From: Salpingoeca rosetta
Taxonomy: Eukaryota; Protista; Choanoflagellata
Length of the DNA: 17,028 nucleotides
Direction: 5' to 3'
NCBI GenBank assembly: GCA_033442325.1
Contig: JAWQFM010000010.1
Coordinates: 1,254,460 to 1,271,487, forward strand
Shown here: positions 1 to 12,643 of the stretch, piece after piece
Position numbering within the stretch: the stretch's first letter is position 1
How the letters are laid out: each line of letters begins with the position of its first letter
Position numbers and translations under genes: made by a program
The notes under the pieces: model-generated
What the model saw: the letters and a program-made list of their open reading frames with translations, nothing else
What the model was told of the DNA's origin: nothing
The model's database searches: none

Positions 1-114
1 CTTAGACTGGACGAATCGCAATCGCTAACATTGCAAGGGGTTGCACCTCGCTGCCGGGGACGAGCAGTGCTATGCAGTGGAGGGAAGGAGCAGACCAGCG
101 CCGGGCTGTGGTTG

Positions 115-1215
<1,101 letters not shown>

Positions 1216-1319
1216 CACCACCACACACACAACACACACGAGCGCAAGCAGCAAAAGAGGAAAGAAGAAGACACGACCGTATTTTTTTCAACTCACACAC
1301 GCTGCTGCTGTCCTTGGAG
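1216..1319. promoter_or_regulatory. Putative compact bidirectional promoter between SOSS-B and ENKD1
   Basis: The divergent start codons at 1215 (-) and 1320 (+) are separated by only 104 nt. Confidence 0.55.
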
Positions 1320-3189
1320 ATGGAAGGGGTGGCCGATGTGATTGTGAATCAGCAAGGGCTGGCCATGCCTGCGCGGCTGGCAAGCAGGAAGAAGATCGCG
1401 CCTTCGCCTGTCTCGCTGGCTCTGGCCCCTGAGCTTGAGCGGCAACGAGAGCACAGCCGTTACGGTGTGTGTGTGTGTGAATGTGTGTGTGTATGTATGT
1501 GTGTGTGTGTGTGTGTGTGTGGATGTTTGTCGTGTGTGTGTATGAATGTGTGTGCACCGATGTGCATCCCTTCCCGTCTCCATTTCTCCACCCGCCTCCC
1601 TTTCTCCACCTCCCTCTCCCCCACTCTTTCCCTCTCCTAGTCCGTGTGCTCGCTCACATCCATGTTTGTGTCCCACTGCATCGCCGTCCACGCCACGCCA
1701 TGCCACGCACGTCTGCTCTATTGAACTCCATCAGGCCGTGGCAAAGATCACATGCAGGAGAACGTTCGACAGATGAGGAGGAAGCAGCGGGAGTTGAGAC
1801 ACAAGCGGAGGGAGGAAGAGGCGGCCAAGGATGCGCCGTTCCGCCCTGCCAAGTCCATGTACAACGGCAAGCCCGTCGAATCACGCTTTCGCAAGGAGCA
1901 CGAGAAGGTGCGTGTGCCTGTGTGCGTATGCACGTGTGGATATGTGTGTATGTGCGTGTGTGTGTGTGTTTGCGGTATGCAGCTGTTGCGCCAACGCGCC
2001 AACTCGCCTGACGCACAGCTAACGCAAACACATGCGTAACACACCACAACACACCCCGACACCATAGCTGCTGGAGGAGGCAGCGCAGAAGAAGAAGTTT
2101 TCGTACTTGAAGCGCGGGGACGGCAAAGGGCAGCCGTCGAGCCTGAAGAAGCCAGCCATCGGCCGCCCGCCCACTAGCGAAGGCGCGCAGCGGCCCCCGA
2201 GCAGCGGGTTCGGCCGAACAAATGCCGCCAATAGAGATGATGGTGCTGATCTTGGGCTGGTGATCAAGGGCACCGCGTCCCGTCCCAGCAGCGCTGCGAG
2301 ATCGCGCCCTTCCACATCATCAAGACCGGGGTCACGACAACGCTCAACACGGTGGGCTGTGTATGTGTNNNNNNNNNNNNNNNNNNNNNNNNNNNNNNNN
2401 NNNNNNNNNNNNNNNNNNNNNNNNNNNNNNNNNNNNNNNNNNNNNNNNNNNNNNNNNNNNNNNNNNNNAGTCGGGGATGGCGTGTTGTGTTTTGCTTTCA
2501 CGCTGCCTCATATTGATTCTGCCTGTAAGTCACCCTGCCCACCCTGTTTCACCCTTCTCACCCTTCTCAACTTGTTCACCCTTCTCAACTTGTTCACCCT
2601 TTGTCCACTTGCACCTCTGCGCGCGCATGATGCAAATGGCAGGCCCGGGGAGATCCCCAAGTACCTGCAGCAGATGCGATCTGAGAAGCGGGCGGCGGAG
2701 GAGAAGGCGCGAAAGAAGGCAGAGGATCCAAACTGCCCCGATGGCTACCGCCGACTCGACCGGCACGCACAGCGACGTGCCATCCAACAGCTCCAGCAGA
2801 TGCACACCCGCCTCTCCGACAACCTCCAGGTGTGTGTTGCATGTGTTTGCGTAGATGTGCTGCATGTGTGTGTGTGTGTGCGAGAGCGTAGGTGTGTGTG
2901 TGTGTGTGGTTGTTTCTTTGTGTGTGCGTGCATGTGCCTGTGTATGCGCTTGTGCGCGTGTATGCGCTTGTGCGCGTGCATTTGCCCACCATCCGCTTGG
3001 TCTCTTGCAACGCACTCACGTGTGTGACGATGCTTGGTTGCGTTGCAGATGCTGCCGTTTTCGCGCGACACGCTGCGCCTGCGTGAATACCGCGAAGCGC
3101 TTGAATGCGATGTTGTTGAGCTCGAAGAGGCCATTCACCACCTCCACACAAACGTGGTGCGTTGTGTGTGTGTGTGTGCTTGTGTGTGC

Positions 3190-3240
<51 letters not shown>

Positions 3241-3439
3241 CGTCTGTGCTTGTGGTGCTTGTGTGTGCGTCTGTGTGTCTGTGCTTGTGGTGCTTGTGCG
3301 TTGTTTCCAGACTTCATCGTCGCCCCGTCTCCACCCATTCACATGCTCCAATCCAATCCAATCCAATCCAATCCAATCCAATCCAATCCAATCCAATCCA
3401 ATCCAATCCACTCAGGTGTATGTGCCGGAACGGTTGTAA
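1320..3439 (+). CDS. ENKD1: Enkurin domain-containing protein (ENKD1-like; ciliary/centrosomal), >=6 exons, ~306 aa
   Basis: Exons 1320-1464, 1735-1907, 2068-2351, 2643-2829, 3049-3156, 3416-3439 with consistent phases; an N gap lies in intron 3. It has the N-terminal KDHMQENVRQMRRKQ motif and a C-terminal enkurin domain: PGEIPKYLQQMR...DPNCPDGYRRL...MLPFSRDTLRLREYREALECDVVELEEAIHHLHTNVVYV. Confidence 0.82.
2369..2468. other. Assembly gap (100 N) in ENKD1 intron 3
   Basis: Run of N starting where a GT repeat begins after the donor site. Confidence 0.99.
3351..3410 (+). repeat. (ATCCA)12 pentanucleotide microsatellite immediately upstream of the last ENKD1 acceptor
   Basis: Directly visible, followed by ctcag|GTGTAT. 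Confidence 0.95.
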
Positions 3440-4097
3440 CACACTGCAACACACCCAACAAGCAACCCAACAAGCAAGCAAGCAAGCAAGGCGCGCAACA
3501 ACAAGAGCAAGCCAACACACCAATCAGTTGTTCATTAATAATGCTTCAAATCTGTGTTGTTAGTCACGCGTTACCCTTGTTCGTTACCATGATTTGATGC
3601 TGTTTTAACGTCGTTGCTGCGCGAGGCACAACGGACTTCCGCTTCACTGATGACACTCATGACTGGCAGGACCAACAACCAATCCAACAAAAAACTCACC
3701 ATGCATGATGTGAGTGAGTGAGACAGGGATGTGAGACATGGATGTGAGACAACGACGAGCGCGGACCACAGCAACCACAACCACCCAGCACACCCCACAC
3801 CCCATCATGCATGCGCCCGCCAGAGCCAAACCAATCACCAAATCATCAACCAATCCAATCCAATCCAATCAACGGATATGGCGCACCCCCTGCCCGGCAA
3901 CGCACGTGGCAAGGGCACCCACAGCAACAAAGTTGTGATCCATGCTGATGGGCGGGCAGCCATGAGAAGCAACGAACACACCAGCAAGCAAGCAGACAAG
4001 CGACATGCTGGAGGCGTTGCATTCATCTGACCTTCCTCCTCGACAGGACCTTCTTCGTTGAAAGCACGCACAACCCACACCAAGACGAACCAAGACA

Positions 4098-5237
4098 ATG
4101 GTGGCGCCCTGCCTGCGGTGGCCGCTCCTGCTTTTGCTGGTGAGCGGCGTGCTGACGGCAACGAGCGGCTTCGTGCGTGCTGCACCTGTGCCGCGAATCC
4201 CAGAGGGGCTGGAACGTGCGGCCAACAGCCACGAGCTTGCCCAGCAGTTTGCGGCGCTGTCCCCTGAGGCCAAGGCCCAAGTCGTCACACAGTTGGAAGG
4301 ATTCGTTGTTCGCGCCACTGATCACCTTGAGCTCACGCCAGAGGGCATGGTTCTAAACGTTGACGACACCAACGCATGGGCAAACGTTGCGTCAGCCAGC
4401 GAAGAACAGCAGCAGCGGCAGCAGGAAGAGGAGCAGGCGGCGCGGCAGCGGCAGGGCGGGAAACGGTTGAGGCGGGACACTTCCATTGTCGTTGAGCGGA
4501 AGGACCGCCCCGTCCCCACGCGCTGGCACAATGGTGTGTGTGCATGTGTGTGTGTGCGTGTGTTTGTGTGTGCGCGTGTGTGTATATCTGCGTGTGTATC
4601 TGTGTGCGTGCGTGTGTGTATGTGTGTGTGTGTCTGCGTATCTGCGTGTGTATCTGCGTGTATGTGTGTGGTGACCTTCGTTCACCCTTGTTTTCACAGC
4701 GCACACACCCTCTCTCTGTCTCTCCGTCTCGCAGGCACGCCCCCCCCCACACATTCTCTCTGACGTTTTCCTCACCCATTGAACGCAACCATGTTCGAAC
4801 GCAATCGTGGTGCAGGCATCCCACTGTTTCACAGCAAGCCTGGGGCAACTAACATCATCTTCCTCGACTTTGACGGCGCGGAGCTGCGGGGCGACAAAGG
4901 CTGGCGCAACAAGTCCGCACGTGCGTTTGATCCGCTCAACAACGGCTTCAAGTTCACCCGGCGCGAGCAGGCCAAGATCATCACCATATGGCAGCAGGTG
5001 GCGGAAGACTTTTCCCCCTTCAACGTGGATGTCACCACAGAGGAGCCAGCAGCGTTCACGCCCACGGTCGCCACGTGCCTCATCACCAGCAGGTTGCAGG
5101 CAGACCTGAAGACGTTCATGCCAAATCCTTTTGCTGCCGGCATCGCCTTCATCAACATCTTTGGCAAACCCTTCATGCAGGACTACTCACCAGCACTCGG
5201 TACGTGCGTGTGTGTGTGTGTGTGCGTGCGTGTGTGC

Positions 5238-5301
<64 letters not shown>

Positions 5302-5598
5302 AAAAAGAATGCCGTGGGCTGCAGTGTGGAGCACGTTGGGCTGAAGTGACATCTCAATGGTTAACTCTTCGCCCTGTGTCTCCACAACAATCTTGCAGTC
5401 TATTACGAGACGCTCAGTGGCGACCCAACCTTCATCGCCGACGCTTGCAGGTGTGTGTGTGCGTGCGTGCGTGCGTGCGTGCGTTTATGCATGCGTGTGT
5501 GCGTATGCATTCTGCTGTGATGATGCTTCCTTTCTCATCATCGCCGTTGATGGCTGACACGATGTACCTGTACGACATAATTGCATCACCACTGCGCA

Positions 5599-5662
<64 letters not shown>

Positions 5663-7193
5663 CGTTTAGCCATGAGATTGGCCACAACATGGGGCTGGGA
5701 CACGACCGGACTGTGGATGAACCCTACACTTTTGGAGACGTTGGCAAAGGCGGCGACGTGTCATGGGGTACGATGAAGCAGAGGGACTGTTGGTGAAGCG
5801 AAAGAGGGCAAGGTGTGTGTTTGACGGTTGTTTCCCGTGCCGCAAGAGATCATCTCACGTTCTGCCTGTGGCTCTTCCACATACACACACACACACACAC
5901 ACTCGCGCTCTCTCACACACTCACACGCACGCATGTACACGCTGCAGGTCCACTGATGGGGGCGCCATACCAGAGCAGTCTGGCGCAATGGTCACGCGGC
6001 GACTATGATGGAGCCGTCAACGACCAAGACGACATGGCAATCATCGGAGACAAGGTGGGATGGCGGTTGCAAAGGCATGTCGTGCAGCAGTGCAACAACT
6101 CCCAAGACCTACTTAATGCCTTGTCATCTTCCTTCCTTCCACACACACACACACATACACACATACACACATACACACATACACACATACACACATACAC
6201 ACATACACACACACCATACCTCACATCATGCCATGCACTGTGTCCCCCCCCCCCCCGCTCTCGATGCAGCTGGGTGTACGTGCGGACGAGGCTGGGTCAA
6301 CAGCTGCCACGTGCGCGGGCCTGCCGCAGGTGACGCCCACCACATACAGCGGCGATGGTATCATCACGGGTATGGACGATGTGGACTGCTGGTGTGTACA
6401 GAGCTTCATCCCAACGCTTCAGCTGCACGCCACCGTGACGCCATGGTACAACAAGTTGTATCCTTACACGAGCGGGTCCAACCTGGATGCAAAGCTGTTC
6501 GTCATCGGACCGTCCGGGGATGTGGTTGCCAGCGCCAGCGAGCCGCTGCACACGTACGCAGCCGTCACGCTTCCATCCATCTCCCCTGGACGCTACGCAG
6601 TCTGCGTTGTTCCGGATAATGACACCATTGGCACAAGCGGGTCCACATACGGCAGCGCAGGCCGTTATTTTGTTGATGTCGTCATTCGTGAGGAGACGAC
6701 AACCACAACAACCACAACAACCACGACCACAACCACCACAACCACAACCACAACCACAACCACCACGACGACGACAACAACAACGACCACCGCTGGCCAG
6801 TTGACCACGCGTGAGAGCCAAGGCGTGCACCAAACACCGCTGCCCATCACTTGCACATGTCCACAGAACACGCACATGTTCTCGGGTCCCACGGCGGTGG
6901 AGATACCGTTCAAGCGCGGGTGCAGCAAGGACGTGCTTGTGCCCGTGTGCGTGCAGCGCGAGGAAATGGCTTCGGTGGCGCTCTGGCTCACGTCGCCCAC
7001 GCACACGCTCGTGCACCCTGCCCACCCCTTTGTTCCGACGAACACATACGATCAGCACTGCTTCCTCCTCCAAGTCCCCGCAGCTGATGCTGAGAGGGGC
7101 GAGAACATCATTGTTCGCGCAAACACCATTCCCAACGTCACATATCAGCTCTCCTACCCGAAGCGCATCAAGGGCTGTCGCGACGACAGCTGA
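4098..7193 (+). CDS. Secreted zinc metalloprotease (metzincin, reprolysin-like/bacterial-type) with signal peptide, propeptide, PPC-like domain, poly-Thr linker and Cys-containing C-terminal domain; 6 exons, ~666 aa
   Basis: Exons 4098-4533, 4816-5199, 5399-5450, 5670-5767, 5948-6054, 6270-7193, phase-consistent. Features: signal peptide MVAPCLRWPLLLLLVSGVLTA; KRLRR furin-type site; zinc motif HEIGHNMGLGH (HExxHxxGxxH); Met-turn WGPLMG; FHSKPGA..IFLDFDG, WQQVAEDFSPFNVDVTTEEP, QWSRGDY; PPC-like DVDxW..NLDAKL..GRY..YGSAGRY. Confidence 0.88.
6696..6791 (+). repeat. Coding (ACN)32 repeat encoding a poly-threonine mucin-like linker
   Basis: acg/aca/acc codons in frame within the last protease exon. 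Confidence 0.9.
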
Positions 7194-7206
7194 TTCACTT
7201 GCTTGC

Positions 7207-7247
<41 letters not shown>

Positions 7248-7693
7248 GCCTTTTCCGTTTGCCTGCCAGTCTGCCGGCCTGTACCATCCCCTTCACTTCT
7301 CCGCTCTTTGTTGTTTGCCATTCCTATTCTATGCAATGCACAGCTCTGTTCTGTCGTTGTTGTATGGTATTTTCATTCATTATCATCTCTTCCACATGCC
7401 GCTTCTTGTTGCTCTGCTCGCCATGTCTGCGTGTTGTAACGCATGTAACGACCGAATGAACAGTAGTGTAACGGAACGTGTAACAACAACACATGCCAAG
7501 AAGTGGCAGACGTGAACGATGCCTGCCGTTCAGTGGCTTCATGCGCAAGGGAACAGGCAGAGGAACTACGCGAACAGTGCTGTCGTCGTTGGGCGGTTGC
7601 GATTCCCGCTGCTGTCGTCTGTTTGTGTTGATGGTTTGTCGCGCACCCAGTCGAGCACGTGTCACCATGCTCATCCCCACCACCGCCACGGTG

Positions 7694-9207
7694 TTACATG
7701 CACCAGCGCGGGTCAAACACGAGCGGAAAGAAGCGGCCTGCACACGGCTGACCGCGCGGCACAGCAGGGATGCCATCCATCAGCGGGCCATCGGTATTGG
7801 CTGTTGTGCCGTCGGCAAAGTAGTTGACAACAGCCGCGCGGCGCGAGCGTGGGGAGCGGTTGCCATATGAGCCGTGCACGACGAGTGGGTGGTGGAACAC
7901 GGCCTCTCCCTTCTTCAGGCAGCAGTGCACGGGCTTCCAGTGCCTGCGCTCGTCTTCCGTCAACACTGCCTGAATCGAGTCCATATCGGCAAAGTCGTCT
8001 GCGGTGATGGGCAGCGGCGCGCCGTCGCGTGTCCAGTGGTGCGACCCCGGCACATACATGATGGCGCCGTTGTCTGCAGTCTGGTCCTCGAGCGCAACGT
8101 GCACTGTCAGGTGTTGCATGGGCCGTGTGCGCGTCCAGTACGAGTAGTCTTGATGCCACGCAACGTTTCCGCCATGATGCGCCGGCTACACACGCCAAAG
8201 TGAGTGAGTGAGTGAGTGAGTGAGTGAGTGAGTGAGTGAGTGAGTGAGTGAGTGAGTGAGTGAGTGAGTGAGTGAGTGAGTGAGTGAGTGAGTGAGTGAG
8301 TGAGTGAGTGAGTGAGTGAGTGAGTGAGTGAGTGAGTGAGTGAGTGAGTGAGTGAGTGAGTGAGTGAGTGAGTGAGTGAGTGAGTGAGTGAGTGAGCGCA
8401 TTTGTCCCTGCTCTCTTCGACCCCTCCGCCCACGCCTCTCACGATCACGCAGACGGCACATCAAGTTATGATCCTGTGACACGCCGGACAAGCAAGAGGA
8501 TGCAGTGGAACACACCTTGCAGAAGAGCTGGTCGTGCCAGAAGCGCACGGCCGAGAAGGGCGCCGAGCCGTGGCGCACGACGAGTTGGCTTGCAGGCACG
8601 GTGATGCTGGGAAGGAAGATGAGGTCGTGAAAGCCAGGGGTGATGCGCCAGTGGCCTAACGCGTGCAGAAGCACGTTGTTTGGATCCTGCGTCTGGTTCG
8701 CGTGGTACTCATGGAACAGGCCGTGCCCAGGGTGGGGGTTGCTTGGATCAGCCAAGGTGGCCAGCTCCTCCAGCAGCATGTCGCACTGCTGGCTGCTGAG
8801 CGCGGGGACGCCTCCCACGTAGCCGTTGTTGTCATAGAACCGCAGCTGCTCTGTGCTCAGCCTGTACTGCTGGATGTCATCTTGCTTCGACGGCAGCTGC
8901 TTCAAGAGGCGGCCCACGGGCTGATGGAACTCTGAGTAGTCTGTGACATCCTCTGACACCTCCGCTGCTACCCGCCCTTTCACGGCACTCTCCGTCCAGT
9001 CCTTATCTACATTGCACATGTGTGTGTGTGTGTGCGCGCGCGCGCGTGTGTGTGCATGAGCACGTGTTGTGGAGACGACAGTCAAGACGAGAGCAGTGTG
9101 CGGTCAAGCAAGGCAGCAGCTTCGCGGTTCAGCTTACTTGTTGAGAGCGTGCGCGTGTGTTGTGCAAACCCAGCTGTGCGTCGAACTGCCTGCACCACTC
9201 TTCTCAT
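7694..9207 (-). CDS. Phytanoyl-CoA dioxygenase (PhyH) family Fe(II)/2-oxoglutarate-dependent dioxygenase, 3 exons, ~350 aa, probable mitochondrial presequence
   Basis: Exons 9207-9138 (donor GTAAG), 9006-8516, 8185-7694. Motifs: [30 protein letters not shown] (HxD), DNGAIMYVPGSH, GEAVFHHPLVVHGSYGNRS.RSRRA (distal His, 2OG-binding Arg). Exon 1 MRRVVQAVRRTAGFAQHTRTLST is Arg/Thr-rich with no acidic residues. Confidence 0.92.
8201..8396 (+). repeat. (TGAG)49 tetranucleotide microsatellite in PhyH intron 2, reading (CTCA)n on the sense strand
   Basis: Perfect tandem array ending about 14 nt from the acceptor AG. Confidence 0.97.
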
Positions 9208-9444
9208 CACCGTTGTTTTGGGTCTGCGTGGAAGGACTGCCTTTGTTGTGTGGTTTCAAAGACGTTTGTTTGTATTTGGATCGCGACAACGCATGATCCA
9301 ACAACAACAGGCACGACGCGCGCTATGTACAGAAGAAAGGGCCAAGAGGTTACACGTACAGACACAGGCACACACACATGCACACACAGGAACACGCATA
9401 CACACGCAGACACACGGGCAGAAGGAGCGAATTAAGGGCGCGGC

Positions 9445-9652
9445 TCACGCCTCCTCCTCATCAAAGGCGATCATGTTCACGCGACGGAAGGCAGCGTGCA
9501 TCTCGCTGTCGTTGCTCGGGTCCTGATTGAGACAATGGGACGATGGGGAGTGAGGGGCGAAGGGGCAGGGCGCTGCGTTGGGGAAGGGAACACACCACAT
9601 GCACAGATGGACATGCAGATACACACTCACACAGAGACACACACAGAGACAC

Positions 9653-9736
<84 letters not shown>

Positions 9737-10172
9737 ACACACACGCGCGCACACACACACACACATGCACTCAGAGTCACGCCACAAACCTTCTTCACAA
9801 AGCCTTGGTGGTGGGTGTGTTCATCGAGCGGCAGGGGCCGGTAAGGGGCTGCAACACGACAAACAAACAACCACAGGATGATGCGCAGGACGGTCAGCAA
9901 CACGGCAACGCAAATGCAAGCAACATTCGTGACGACACGCAATACAAGCAGCAACAGCAGCAGCAACAGCATCAGCAGTGTTACGCACTGGCTTGGGCGC
10001 TGAGCTTCGACATGTCAAAGTCCCTGCTCGCAGACGCTGCATGGAGGAAGTGGGGTAGGTACAGGGGGTAACAAATTCACGTGTGAGGTTCAATACTGGT
10101 GTTGCACAAGCACCAACGTAAACAGTGCGATCTGTGTTCAGGCGTTCACACACAGACACACAGACACACGCA

Positions 10173-10244
<72 letters not shown>

Positions 10245-10699
10245 AGCGGCAGTGGGGGAGGGCGACTGCGTGCTGGGGGAGCGGGGCGACTTCTTGCTGG
10301 AGACGCGATGGTAGTAGTTGCGGATGTGTTGGCGCATCAGCGGCAGCAGACGGGCAGGCGCCTGTACGCGATCACGCACGAGCACACACGCACACGCAGT
10401 TGTGTGAGTCAGAAGAAATGTGGTGTTCAAGAACAAAGCTGTGCTCAACACACATGCACACATGCATGACACGCAACAAAGCGCCAACACACATTCAGCG
10501 TCACGCATACAGAAGACAAAGCACGCTGGCTCACCGCTTGCAGTTGGATGTCCTCGGGAATGCTGGCAATATCTGGCGACGACAAAACAGCACAACAGCC
10601 CCGGCATGTGAGCACGGAGAAAGAAAAGAATAAAGCAAACACATGTCCAAACATGCACACAGAGGGATCCAGAGATCCAGAGATCCAGACAGACAGACA

Positions 10700-10738
<39 letters not shown>

Positions 10739-12170
10739 CCACAAAGACACACAGACAGACAGACACCACACACAGACACACAGACAGACAGACACCACAC
10801 ACAGACGCACACACGGGGTACCTGCTGCGCGGCAGAGCCTGAAGAACGCGTCGAGTCCGCCGCAGAGGGTGTGGAACAGCTCGTACGAGTCGAGACAGGC
10901 CTGCGCCTCCGCTTTGGGAAGTTCAAAGAACGATTCTGAAAGGAGCGTGGCAGGGAGGTGTGGGTTGAAACACACACACTGTGAGATCAGCAAGGAAGCT
11001 CATGAAAGTTTCACACATATGCACACCCACACCCATACACACAGACGCACAAACAAACAAACAAACAAACAAACAAAACAAGGTACCTGCGAGATTTGAC
11101 TGGAGGTCAGCAACCTTGTCGAGGATGGAGCGGGCGTCAACAACGAGCAGACGCGCAATGAACTGCAACATGAAGTTCGACCGGACAGCCACAAGCGACA
11201 GCTGTACATGTATGCGTGATGGCGGCGGGATTGAATGTGAGAGAAACAAAGTTGCGAGAGCATGCGGCAGTGGACTGAGCAAGACAGCAGCACCCCGCCA
11301 GACGTCCACACGACGATGTCATCGCCAGTAGCAGCAGCAGCAGCAGCAGCAGCAACAACGGAAACAACAACAGCAGCAGCACCAATAACAACAGTGAGAG
11401 CATCAGCCGGTGCAGTACCGATCGCGTGGTGACAACGAGCGCCTCCAGCACACGCAGCGCCTGAGACACGACAGATAGTTGGGGTAGGATGTGGGTGGAC
11501 AGTGAGGTGAGTGTGTGTTGAAGAAACGCACATGCACAGACACAGACACAGACACAGACACAGACACACAGACACACAGACACACAGACACACACACACA
11601 CACACAATACCTCCATGACGCGCTTGATGTGTGCATTGAGTTTGTCGAGGCGGCCAAGATCAATTTCGCCAGGACTGCGAAGGGGAACGCCGTGTTGCAG
11701 TGGTCGATGATGTATATGCGTGTATGTGTGTACGAGTGTATGCGTAAGCGAGGTGGACAAGACAACAGTGGGCAAGATGAACGAAAGAGCAGTTGTCGAG
11801 AGCATACACCGACAGCACAACACACACACACACATGTGCTGCGCATTCGTTTTCGCGTACATTTTGTACTTGAAGGAGCACACGTCAATCCCAACGCTGC
11901 GGCAGTGGTGTAATCTGCAAAGCACACAGGAAACCACGCAAGACGCAAGTTAGTGCGTGCGTATGTGTGACTGTGGTCGCGTGCAATCTTATGCAGGTGC
12001 GCGTAAGAGTGAGAGTGTGTTTGCAAGCAGAGCAGGGTTGCTTGCTCAGACCTGGCCATGATGTAGTTGATGTAGGCCGAGGTAAAGTCGCCCACGTTTG
12101 ATTCCGTCTCTGCGAAGCACACACAGACACAGACACACACACAGACACAGACACAGACACAGACACAGAT

Positions 12171-12213
<43 letters not shown>

Positions 12214-12605
12214 CACACGTTTGGCGTTGTGTAAGCTGAGCAAAGTGGGAAGCATGACAGTTCTTGTCGCAGGCACCACCAAAGCCACCACGAATCCACA
12301 ACGCGTCGGCAGTGTGATGCTGCTGTACCGCTTGGATGGAGAGGCAGCTGGTCCCCAAACACAACTTGGATGGTGCTCGCTGTGGCAAAGAAGGTCTGCA
12401 CGCCGCAATTCAGAAGAAAAGGGTTAGGGGGGGGGGGGTGTTGTGTTGTCATGCACAGCTTGACATTGGGAAGAGGGCGAGGTTGCAATGCAACCGTGTG
12501 TGACTGCACTCGGGAGTGTGCTGAGGACTGTGTGTGTGTGTGTGTGTCACAGATAGACACACCACACACACACGCACACACACACGCACACACACACACA
12601 CACAA

Positions 12606-12643
<38 letters not shown>

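Noticed and set aside
2550-2600. 18-nt tandem repeat (cacccttctcaacttgtt) as coding sequence or CRISPR-like array
   Set aside because: Only 2-3 contiguous copies, no spacers, intronic and pyrimidine-rich; simple slippage.
8201-8396. Telomere-like interstitial repeat
   Set aside because: The TGAG unit lacks the G-run of TTAGGG-type telomeres; it is an ordinary tetranucleotide microsatellite.
11328-11380. CAG/CTG runs as polyQ/polyA/polyL coding tracts (also ~9947-9975 and ~14795-14850)
   Set aside because: All fall inside introns in the phase-consistent gene models.
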